Assembly (NCBI GenBank): GCA_030696695.1
Contig: JAUYRP010000001.1
Span: 70,775-134,774 of the forward strand
Length of the DNA stretch: 64,000 nt
Source of the DNA: Methylophilus sp.
GTDB taxonomy: Bacteria > Pseudomonadota > Gammaproteobacteria > Burkholderiales > Methylophilaceae
Direction of reading: 5' to 3'
Part shown: positions 38,086-46,462 of the stretch, in pieces
Layout: each line of letters starts with the position of its first letter
Numbering within the stretch: position 1 is the first letter of the stretch
Translations under genes and position numbers: made by a program
Notes under the pieces: generated by a model
Told to the model about the DNA's origin: nothing
The model's input: only the letters and a program-made list of their open reading frames with translations
The model's database searches: none

Positions 38086-38487
38086 ATGATTGGAATTTTA
38101 ATTATTGCGCATGGCTCTCTAGGTGAGAGCTTAATTCAATGCGCAAGCCATGTAATGGGCAAGCTCCCGACTCAGTTGGATTATCTTGCTGTGTCTACAC
38201 AAGATGACCCAGCACTATTGTTACCCAAAGCACAAGCCATGGTAGCGCACCTAGATGCAGGGCACGGTGTGTTGGTACTCTCAGATATTTACGGTGCAAC
38301 GCCTTGTAACATGGTCACCAAGCTGGTGAGCCAAGAAGGCGTAGCGGGTGTCGCTGGGGTGAATCTGCCCATGTTGGTGCGGGTATTAAACTATCGCCAA
38401 GAATCGCTGGATACTTGCGTTGACAAAGCACTGACGGGTGGCCGAGAAGGTGTAGTACATTTCACGTCGGCAGGTTGTAATCATTAA
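38086..38487 (+). CDS. PTS EIIA component, mannose/fructose family
   Basis: MIGILIIAHGSLGESL with the phosphorylatable His. About 133 aa. Start set at the second Met. Confidence 0.8.
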   Translation: MIGILIIAHGSLGESLIQCASHVMGKLPTQLDYLAVSTQDDPALLLPKAQAMVAHLDAGHGVLVLSDIYGATPCNMVTKLVSQEGVAGVAGVNLPMLVRVLNYRQESLDTCVDKALTGGREGVVHFTSAGCNH

Positions 38488-38513
38488 AAATACATGAAAG
38501 CAGTGACAAGGTT

Positions 38514-38783
38514 ATGATGAAAGAATCGATTGAAATTATTAATAAGCTTGGCTTGCACGCGCGCGCTTCCACCAAATTTACTCAAACTGCTAGCCAGTTC
38601 AAAAGTGAAATCTGGGTAGAAAAAAACGGTCGTCGCGTCAATGCCAAGAGTATCATGGGTGTGATGATGCTGGCGGCTGCGCAAGGCACTGTGATATTGG
38701 TCGAAGCCACTGGCGAGGATGAGCAAGCGGCTATCGAGGCATTAAAAGCACTGATCAACAACTTTTTTGGAGAGGGTGAATAA
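38514..38783 (+). CDS. ptsH: Phosphocarrier protein HPr
   Basis: His-15 context LGLHARAS and Ser-46 context NAKSIMGVM. 89 aa. Confidence 0.92.
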   Translation: MMKESIEIINKLGLHARASTKFTQTASQFKSEIWVEKNGRRVNAKSIMGVMMLAAAQGTVILVEATGEDEQAAIEALKALINNFFGEGE

Positions 38784-40532
38784 TTGTCCAGCTTTAGCAT
38801 TCATGGCGTTGGCGTTTCCAGTGGCATCGCAATTGGGCGTGCACACTTGGTCTCGAATGCGCTGCTAGAGGTGGTGCATTACCAACTTACCCCGCAATTA
38901 ATTAATGAAGAAATCCAACGCTTTACCGACGCCATCAAAACCGTCAAGCACGATTTAGAAGTCATACGCGAACAGTTACCCAAAAATGCACCTGCTGAGC
39001 TTGATGCTTTTATCAGCACGCATTTAGCCATGCTCAATGACAAATCATTATCAGAAGCGCCTAAAGAGATCATCCGCAACGAACAATGCAACGCCGAGTG
39101 GGCGATTAAGCAACAAATGGATGATATTGTTGAGCAATTTGATGCGATAGAAGACGCATACTTAAGAGAACGCAAACACGATGTCGTGCAAGTGGTAGAG
39201 CGCATTATCAAAGTGTTGCTTGGTCATCCCAGCCAATCTCCCAACCAAACTAAAGATAAGCAACAGCAAGAAAGTGCCACCATTTTGGTTGCCCATGACA
39301 TTTCGCCTGCAGATGCTATTCAGTTCAAACAACATCAATTTGCGGCATTCATTACGGATGTAGGTGGCATCACGTCGCACACGGCCATTTTGGCACGCAG
39401 CCTCAATATTCCCTCGATTGTGGCTTTGCAGCGTGCACGCGATTTAATCAACGATGGCGAAATTATCATTGTGGATGGCAGCGTTGGCGTAGTGATCGTC
39501 AATCCTAGCAAAGAGGTGCTGGCAGAATACGAACTTAAACAAGACCAATGGCAATTAGAGCAACAAAAATTACAACGCATTAAATCTACCAAAGCTGTGA
39601 CGATAGACGGCACTGGTATAGAACTACACGCCAATATTGAAGTACCTGAAGACGTGATTAGCGTGAAGGCCTCTGGCGCCACAGGGATTGGGCTATATCG
39701 TACTGAATTTTTATTTATGAACCGCCGTGAAATGCCCGATGAAGAAGAGCAGTTTACTGCCTACAAGCACGTGGCAGAAGCCATGCAAGGCATGCCTGTC
39801 ACGATACGCACTTTGGATTTGGGTGCAGATAAGCAAATGAATCCTGACAGTGTTTCCAACTGTGCAAACCCTGCCTTAGGCTTGCGCGCAGTGCGTTTTT
39901 GCTTATCTGAACCACACATATTCCATACGCAGTTTCGTGCCTTGCTACGCGCTTCACACTATGGCCACATCAAAATTTTAATTCCCATGCTGTCTAGTTT
40001 GACTGAACTACGTCAAAGCAAAATTTTGCTAGAGCGTGCTAAAGAGTCACTGCGCAAAGAAGGCGCCCCCTTCGATGAAGGCATCAGCATTGGCGGCATG
40101 ATTGAAGTACCAGCTGCTGCGATCAATGCAGATGCGTTTGCCAAGGAACTAGATTTTCTGTCTATTGGCACCAACGATCTGATTCAATACACATTAGCGA
40201 TTGACCGTACAGATGATGCCGTTGCGCACCTGTACAACCCCTTGCATCCAGCAGTGCTCAAGCTGATACAAATGACCATTCATGCTGCTGAAAAATACAA
40301 TATCGGACTGTCCATCTGCGGCGAAATGGCTGGCGATATCAAGTTGACTCGCCTGCTAATTGGCATGGGCATGCGCCAGCTTTCCATGCATCCATCCAAT
40401 ATTTTGAGCGTGAAACAGCAAATCTTACACAGTCAAATGACACGACTGAATAAACAAGTCAAAAAATTACTACACCTGAGCGATATTGAAAAGATTGAGT
40501 TGCAAGTGATGCATCTACACACTGAGTTTTAG
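38784..40532 (+). CDS. ptsI: Phosphoenolpyruvate-protein phosphotransferase (PTS enzyme I)
   Basis: Phospho-His context GGITSHTAILARSL and PEP-utilising C-terminal TIM-barrel motifs (IGTNDL). TTG start immediately after the ptsH stop. Confidence 0.9.
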   Translation: MSSFSIHGVGVSSGIAIGRAHLVSNALLEVVHYQLTPQLINEEIQRFTDAIKTVKHDLEVIREQLPKNAPAELDAFISTHLAMLNDKSLSEAPKEIIRNEQCNAEWAIKQQMDDIVEQFDAIEDAYLRERKHDVVQVVERIIKVLLGHPSQSPNQTKDKQQQESATILVAHDISPADAIQFKQHQFAAFITDVGGITSHTAILARSLNIPSIVALQRARDLINDGEIIIVDGSVGVVIVNPSKEVLAEYELKQDQWQLEQQKLQRIKSTKAVTIDGTGIELHANIEVPEDVISVKASGATGIGLYRTEFLFMNRREMPDEEEQFTAYKHVAEAMQGMPVTIRTLDLGADKQMNPDSVSNCANPALGLRAVRFCLSEPHIFHTQFRALLRASHYGHIKILIPMLSSLTELRQSKILLERAKESLRKEGAPFDEGISIGGMIEVPAAAINADAFAKELDFLSIGTNDLIQYTLAIDRTDDAVAHLYNPLHPAVLKLIQMTIHAAEKYNIGLSICGEMAGDIKLTRLLIGMGMRQLSMHPSNILSVKQQILHSQMTRLNKQVKKLLHLSDIEKIELQVMHLHTEF

Positions 40533-40595
40533 TGGAATTTAGCGAATCCGTATGCATTCTGCTCACTTTTCAACGCCCATATAAAGGAAACCACC

Positions 40596-40934
40596 ATGAC
40601 AGATATTACCAACCCGAGCAACGATGACAAAAACATTGCCACGATTACCCATTTGGGAGGCACTGTTTTTTCTTTTATTCCAGGCTTGTTGGTGTGGGCA
40701 CTCAAAAAAGACGACAGTGCTTTTATTGCCGAACAATCCAAAGAAGCGCTTAACTTTCAAATCACCATGTTGATTGCACAATTTATAGCAGGCATTTTAG
40801 TGTGGGTGTTAGTTGGGATTATCCTGATTCCGATTGTTTGGCTATTCAATATTGTTTTTTGTATTATTGCCGCCATCTCAAGTAGTAAGGGCGAGAATTA
40901 TCGCTATCCATTTTGCTTACGTTTGATTAATTAA
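40596..40934 (+). CDS. DUF4870-like small membrane protein
   Basis: 112 aa. ATITHLGG...SKEALNFQIT...GENYRYPFCLRLI pattern. SD AAGGAAA upstream. Family assignment is from memory. Confidence 0.65.
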   Translation: MTDITNPSNDDKNIATITHLGGTVFSFIPGLLVWALKKDDSAFIAEQSKEALNFQITMLIAQFIAGILVWVLVGIILIPIVWLFNIVFCIIAAISSSKGENYRYPFCLRLIN

Positions 40935-41049
40935 CTGCGGGTTTCGATAAGTTTTAGTTATCGTCGCTATCAAAAACTACAATCCAACGCGCAGAACGTT
41001 TAGTAGATAATCAACGTCTACTGGATAAATAATGCCATAAGGAACTCAC

Positions 41050-43080
41050 GTGATTACTGCCAACCCACTCCTGGACTTTTCTGGTCTACCTAAATTTAAC
41101 GCCATTCAACCTGAGCACATTAGCCCAGCCATGGATAGCCTGATTGCTGAAGGCCGTGCACTAGTAGAACAACTTGCTACTGCGAGTGAACCACCCACTT
41201 GGGAAAATTTTGCACTTAAACTGGAAGACCACAGCGAAAAAATTGGGCGCGCTTGGAGCCAAGTCGGCCACATGAACGCAGTAGTAAATAGCCCTGAACT
41301 GCGTGAAGCGTACAACGACAATTTGGCGAAATTAACCGATTTTGGCAGCGATGTCGCGCAAGATGAGCGCTTATACGCAAAATACAAAGCTATTCAAGCC
41401 AGTGCAGGTTTTACCAAGCTCACCCCTACACAGCAGACTATTATCAATCACGAAGTACGCGATTTTAAATTGGGCGGTGCTGAACTACCCGCTGAGCAAA
41501 AAGCGCGCTTTAAGGTGCTTAGTGAAGAGTTGTCTAAATTAGGCAGCAAGTTTGAAGAAAACATCATGGATAACACCAACGATTTTAAACATAGCGTTGA
41601 GAGCATCTCTGATTTAACTGGTTTACCAGATGACGTGATTGAAGCAGCTTCTGAAGCCGCAAAAAAAGAAGGTAAGGCAGGTTATCTTTTCACCTTGCAC
41701 TTTCCGTCTTACATGCCCGTACTGCAATATGCTAACAACCGAGCATTGCGTGAAACAATGTACCGCGCCTATGCCACACGTGCTTCTGAATTTAGCAAAC
41801 CCGAGTGGGATAACACCGCTTTAATTCGTGACATTCTCAAACTCAAGCAAGAAGAAGCGCAGATGTTAGGTTTTAACAACTATGCCGAGTTATCACTTGC
41901 CACCAAAATGGCAGAGTCACCCAAACAGGTCACCGAATTTTTGGATACCCTAGCCAAACGTGCAAAACCCTATGCTGAGCGCGATATGCAAGAGTTAGTG
42001 GCTTACGCCAAAAAATTAGGCATTGATGACATGCAAGCATGGGACGTGGCCTATGTAAGTGAAAAGCTACGTGAAGAAAAATATGCATTCTCAGATCAAG
42101 AAGTAAAACAATATTTCCCTGAAAGTAAGGTTTTAGCAGGCTTATTCAAAGTGACTGAGACCATTTTTGGTGTGCAGGTGCGCAAAGCGGACGCACCGCT
42201 TTGGCATGCCGATGCCGCTTTCTACGAGATTAGCGACAAACAGAATAAACCAATTGCCTATTTTTATTTAGACCTCTATGCCCGCAACAACAAACGCGGT
42301 GGCGCATGGATGGACGAATGTATTACACGCCGTAAAAAATCCAACGGTGTTGAATTACCTGTGGCTTATTTAACCTGCAACTTTTCTGCACCTGTGGGTG
42401 GTAAACCAGCACTATTTACCCACGACGAAGTGATTACCATGTTCCATGAGTTTGGTCATGGCTTGCATCATATGCTTACGCAAGTAGATGAATATGGCGT
42501 ATCTGGAATTAAGGGCGTGGAGTGGGATGCGGTTGAATTGCCTAGCCAATTTATGGAAAACTTCTGCTGGGAATGGGATGTATTGCGCCACATGACAGCA
42601 CACGTAGAATCAGGTGGGCAATTACCGCGCGCGTTATTCGATAAAATGGTTGCCGCCAAAAACTTCCAAGCGGGGATGCAGACTGTACGCCAAATCGAGT
42701 TTTCACTCTTCGACATGCGCTTGCATGGCGAGTTTGACCCCAATGGTGAACAAACTGCTCTTGATTTAATTGAGCAAGTGCGCGATGAAGTCGCTGTGGT
42801 GCGCCCACCTAAATGGAACCGCTTCCCCAATAGTTTTAGCCATATTTTTGCAGGTGGCTATGCCGCGGGCTACTACAGCTACAAATGGGCAGAAGTATTA
42901 TCTGCCGATGCCTACAGCTTGTTTGAAGAAATGGGCACACTCTCTGCGGAGGCAGGTACTCGCTTTAAAAATGAAGTGCTGGCCAAAGGAGGTAGCCGCC
43001 CAGCAATAGAGTCATTTGTCGCGTTTAGAGGTAGAGAGCCGAGCATGGATGCCTTGCTGCGTCATAACGGGATGGCGTAA
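41050..43080 (+). CDS. prlC: Oligopeptidase A (M3 family)
   Basis: 676 aa. HEFGHGLHH zinc motif. GTG start. Confidence 0.9.
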   Translation: MITANPLLDFSGLPKFNAIQPEHISPAMDSLIAEGRALVEQLATASEPPTWENFALKLEDHSEKIGRAWSQVGHMNAVVNSPELREAYNDNLAKLTDFGSDVAQDERLYAKYKAIQASAGFTKLTPTQQTIINHEVRDFKLGGAELPAEQKARFKVLSEELSKLGSKFEENIMDNTNDFKHSVESISDLTGLPDDVIEAASEAAKKEGKAGYLFTLHFPSYMPVLQYANNRALRETMYRAYATRASEFSKPEWDNTALIRDILKLKQEEAQMLGFNNYAELSLATKMAESPKQVTEFLDTLAKRAKPYAERDMQELVAYAKKLGIDDMQAWDVAYVSEKLREEKYAFSDQEVKQYFPESKVLAGLFKVTETIFGVQVRKADAPLWHADAAFYEISDKQNKPIAYFYLDLYARNNKRGGAWMDECITRRKKSNGVELPVAYLTCNFSAPVGGKPALFTHDEVITMFHEFGHGLHHMLTQVDEYGVSGIKGVEWDAVELPSQFMENFCWEWDVLRHMTAHVESGGQLPRALFDKMVAAKNFQAGMQTVRQIEFSLFDMRLHGEFDPNGEQTALDLIEQVRDEVAVVRPPKWNRFPNSFSHIFAGGYAAGYYSYKWAEVLSADAYSLFEEMGTLSAEAGTRFKNEVLAKGGSRPAIESFVAFRGREPSMDALLRHNGMA

Positions 43081-43243
43081 GCCTCGCTTTATGGATGTAA
43101 GGTGTTACTGGTGATAATTCCGCAGTTTGCTTGAGATGCTGGACTAGCTAAGTGTGCGGTCTAAACACTTTCATAAGCAGTCATAAGAACCCAAGTAACG
43201 CTCTTACATCGACACGTCAATTTAATGACTCAACAGGTTCAAT

Positions 43244-43909
43244 ATGCAACATGAATTTTGGCACGACCGATGGGAAAGTAATCAAATCGGGTTTCACCTG
43301 CCCGAAGCCAATCCCTTATTGGTAAAGCATTTCACAGCGCTCAATTTAAAGTCCACATCCAACCCAAATACAAGCGCACGCATTTTTTTACCTTTGTGCG
43401 GTAAAACCTTGGATATTGCCTGGTTATTAACACAGGGTCATCGGGTAGTTGGGGCTGAATTAAGTCAAATCGCGATTGAGGATTTATTTAGTGACTTAAA
43501 GTTAACGCCTACCATCACTACTCATGACGATTTTACGCATTACAGTGCACCCAATATTGATATATTCGTGGGGGATATTTTCAATATGACGCCCGCTTTG
43601 TTAGGTCAAATAGATTTAATCTATGACCGTGCCGCCTTAGTAGCTTTGCCTGAGGACATGCGCAAACGTTATGCTACACATTTGTTGACACTTACAGATC
43701 GCGCTACCCCACAACTGCTGATCTGCTTTGAGTATGACCAAAGCTTGCACGCGGGGCCACCATTCTCGGTAAATGCAGTAGCGGTGAAACTGTATTATCA
43801 ATCAGCTTATGACATACACCTGTTAGAGCGTGTGACCATGGTAGATGGATTAAAAGGCAAGTACCCAGCCACTGAACATGTTTGGCTACTCACACCACAC
43901 CGCCAGTAA
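43244..43909 (+). CDS. tpm: Thiopurine S-methyltransferase
   Basis: FWHDRWESNQIGFH and PLCGKTLDIAWL motifs. 221 aa. Confidence 0.85.
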   Translation: MQHEFWHDRWESNQIGFHLPEANPLLVKHFTALNLKSTSNPNTSARIFLPLCGKTLDIAWLLTQGHRVVGAELSQIAIEDLFSDLKLTPTITTHDDFTHYSAPNIDIFVGDIFNMTPALLGQIDLIYDRAALVALPEDMRKRYATHLLTLTDRATPQLLICFEYDQSLHAGPPFSVNAVAVKLYYQSAYDIHLLERVTMVDGLKGKYPATEHVWLLTPHRQ

Positions 43910-44010
43910 ACTTGTTTGATGCACACATCTCTAACAGACACATCTATACATTTGATAGGCATTCGCTTAATCTATGTGCTTTAAATTTAAGTATTCAATG
44001 TGAGGCAAGT

Positions 44011-44340
44011 ATGTGTGAGCAAGATTTACGCAAGGGGTTGTTGATATTGGTTTCTTTAATTAGTTTAGGCGCTACAAGTTTAGCGCTAGCTGCAGATGAA
44101 GAGACTGAAGACATTGTGGCTAAAACAAGCAATGGAGATGAAGTGATATTGCACCCCAACGGTTATTGGGAGTATGTGGATACAAAAAAAGCGGCTATTG
44201 CAAAAACCAAGGTTGAAAAAATAGCACGTGAGGAAGGCTGCCCCAAAGGCACGCGCGCCAGCTTTTTTGGCATAGGTCGCTGCATTCCAAATGATGATCC
44301 CGCATTAAAACGCGGCTCACTAAGTGGTAAAGGCTGGTAA
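44011..44340 (+). CDS. Small secreted hypothetical protein
   Basis: Start set at the internal ATG 44011, giving signal peptide MCEQDLRKGLLILVSLISLGATSLALA. The longer ORF overlaps tpm. Confidence 0.55.
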   Translation: MCEQDLRKGLLILVSLISLGATSLALAADEETEDIVAKTSNGDEVILHPNGYWEYVDTKKAAIAKTKVEKIAREEGCPKGTRASFFGIGRCIPNDDPALKRGSLSGKGW

Positions 44341-44388
44341 CGCTAGCGTAAAACGCTTACTGATACTGCAGCAAAATACGTATTAATA

Positions 44389-45198
44389 TTGACAGAGAAT
44401 GCCTTGACCGCTTACCCAGAACTCACCACCATCAAGCTAGCCACTTGGAATGTCAACTCCCTCAATGTGCGCCTGCAGCACGTGTTAGATTGGCTGACTG
44501 CCAACCCGATAGACATCCTTTGTTTACAAGAAACCAAGCAAGAAGACAGCAAGTTTCCATATGAGACTTTAAAAGCAGCTGGCTACCATGCTATCCATGC
44601 AGGTCAAAAAACCTATAACGGAGTTGCCATTTTAAGTAAGCACGAAATGACAGAAGTTGCTTATGGCATCTCTAGCTTTGAAGATGAACAAAAACGGGTA
44701 ATTTCTGCCACCATTCAAGGTGTGCGCGTGGTTTGCGTTTATATTGTGAACGGCCAAGCCATTGATAGCGATAAATATGTCTATAAAATGCGCTGGCTAG
44801 AAGCGCTACGCACTTGGTTGGCTGTGGAACTGCAAAAGTATCCCAAACTGGTGGTATTAGGTGACTACAACATTGCGCCAGAGGACAGAGATTGCCACGA
44901 TCCTGTGGCGTGGGAAGGACAAGTTCTGGTAAGCGCTCCGGAGCGCGCGCACTTTCAAGCGTTGTTAGGGCTAGGCTTACATGACAGTTTTAGATTATTT
45001 GAGCAACCCGAAAAAAGCTACAGCTGGTGGGATTACCGCATGATGGGATTTAGACGCAATTTTGGTTTGCGCATAGACCATATTTTAGTGAGTGATGCGC
45101 TGAAGGCTGGCTGCAAACAATGTACGATCGATAAAGCCCCGAGAAAACTAGAACGCCCTAGCGACCACACACCAGTAATACTTGAGTTGAGCGTTTAG
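44389..45198 (+). CDS. xthA: Exodeoxyribonuclease III
   Basis: WNVNSLNVR, LQETK and PSDHTPV motifs. The start is uncertain (TTG at 44389 or 44404). Confidence 0.9.
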   Translation: MTENALTAYPELTTIKLATWNVNSLNVRLQHVLDWLTANPIDILCLQETKQEDSKFPYETLKAAGYHAIHAGQKTYNGVAILSKHEMTEVAYGISSFEDEQKRVISATIQGVRVVCVYIVNGQAIDSDKYVYKMRWLEALRTWLAVELQKYPKLVVLGDYNIAPEDRDCHDPVAWEGQVLVSAPERAHFQALLGLGLHDSFRLFEQPEKSYSWWDYRMMGFRRNFGLRIDHILVSDALKAGCKQCTIDKAPRKLERPSDHTPVILELSV

Positions 45199-46460
45199 CC
45201 TTTTATTTTGATCCCAAGCTGCTTAAGCTTGCGATACAAATGGGTGCGTTCTAGTCCAGAAATTTCAGCTAATTTGCTCATATTATTGTTGATAAGCTTC
45301 ATATGATGCTGAAAATAATAACGCTCAAAATCATCGCGAGATTCGCGCAAAGATTTGGTCAAATCAATAGGCAACGGCGCATGCATAGCAGCTTGCTGCG
45401 GCGATTGTTTGAACTGATCTAACACACGCTGTACATCTTCCAAGGTCACCACTTCACCCAGTGTTGATAACATCAGGTTATGCACCACGGCCTCCAACTC
45501 AGAGATATCGCCATCCCACTCCGCATTTCTCAATGCATTCAGTGCCGCTATATCAAATGTCTTGTAATCGACATTGAGCGTTTCCACCATCAAGGTCGCC
45601 ATCGCACTCACTAAATCCGGGATATCTTCACGATGCTCATTCAAACAAGGCACACGCAATGCGCCACTGGCTAACACCTGTAACAAGCCTTGTTCCAACA
45701 TGCTATTTTCAATCAACTGGGGAATACCAAACGTGGTGCCGCACACAATGCGCGCGCCATATTTCTCTGCTTTGGCCACAAGCAAACTTAGGCCTTTTTG
45801 CTCAGTCTTGTTAAGTTGCGTCACTTCATCAATAAACAGCACACCATCACGCACTTGTTCCAGTATATCCAGTGGTGAAGTCGCTAACTTTTCATATTCA
45901 TCTAGCGCCACCCAAGGCGTGCCAGGAGCACGTAAAAATTGTGCACACAACTCTACACTGCCGCCTTTTTTACCCACAAGTAACAGCGTATTTTTACTGC
46001 GTGATACTTGTTCCAAACGTTGCTTAAGCTCATTGATGACCAAGCTTTTACCAAAGCTGGATAAATTCATTTCGGTATGGGGAATGGTTTCACCGTGTTT
46101 AAGTGCGGCTGTCACGGTTTTGAGCAGTTTTTGCAGTGCGATAGGTTTTTCTAGAAAATCAAATGCACCAATACGGGTGGCTTCTACCGCGGTATCAATG
46201 GTGCCGTGCCCTGACATCATGACCACTGGCATAGTCAGCAAACCAGAATTACCCCACTCTTTCAGCAAGCTGATACCATCACAATCTGGCATCCAAATAT
46301 CTAACAACACCAAGTCAGGTCGTTGCTTGAGCCGTTCTTCTCGAGCGATATGGGCATTTTCAGCCAATCGCACATGATGCCCTTCATCAAGCAGAATATC
46401 ACTTAATAGCTCGCGAATCCCAATTTCATCATCTACTACTAAAATACTACGTGATGCCAT
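45195..46460 (-). CDS. ntrX: NtrX-like response regulator (REC + degenerate sigma-54-activator AAA+ domain + Fis-type HTH)
   Basis: REC has DD..D (LLDIWMPD) and K (EKP). The central domain has VGKKGGSVE instead of GESGTGKE and no GAFTGA. Walker B is LFIDEV. C-terminal HTH is MSKLAEISGLERTHLYRKLKQLGI. Confidence 0.65.
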   Translation of the reverse strand: MASRSILVVDDEIGIRELLSDILLDEGHHVRLAENAHIAREERLKQRPDLVLLDIWMPDCDGISLLKEWGNSGLLTMPVVMMSGHGTIDTAVEATRIGAFDFLEKPIALQKLLKTVTAALKHGETIPHTEMNLSSFGKSLVINELKQRLEQVSRSKNTLLLVGKKGGSVELCAQFLRAPGTPWVALDEYEKLATSPLDILEQVRDGVLFIDEVTQLNKTEQKGLSLLVAKAEKYGARIVCGTTFGIPQLIENSMLEQGLLQVLASGALRVPCLNEHREDIPDLVSAMATLMVETLNVDYKTFDIAALNALRNAEWDGDISELEAVVHNLMLSTLGEVVTLEDVQRVLDQFKQSPQQAAMHAPLPIDLTKSLRESRDDFERYYFQHHMKLINNNMSKLAEISGLERTHLYRKLKQLGIKIKG

Positions 46461-46462
46461 TA

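Noticed and set aside
43095-43209. Imperfect inverted repeat ATGTAAGGTGTTACT / AGTAACGCTCTTACAT flanking ~85 nt between prlC and tpm
   Set aside because: The arms are short, interrupted by an internal mismatch or indel, and AT-rich. There is no terminator or promoter context. It is too weak to call an sRNA or element without expression data.
45195-45198. Convergent 4-nt overlap of the xthA and ntrX stop codons with no terminator between them
   Set aside because: It is real in the sequence (TAG at 45196-45198 on + and TAA at 45195-45197 on -). Such tail-to-tail overlaps are common in compact genomes, and nothing further supports a regulatory role.
45574-46377. 267-aa ORF on the + strand
   Set aside because: It lies entirely antisense to the well-supported ntrX gene. 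Its composition is Ser/Cys/Thr-rich and low-complexity, with no recognisable motif. This is a typical shadow ORF.
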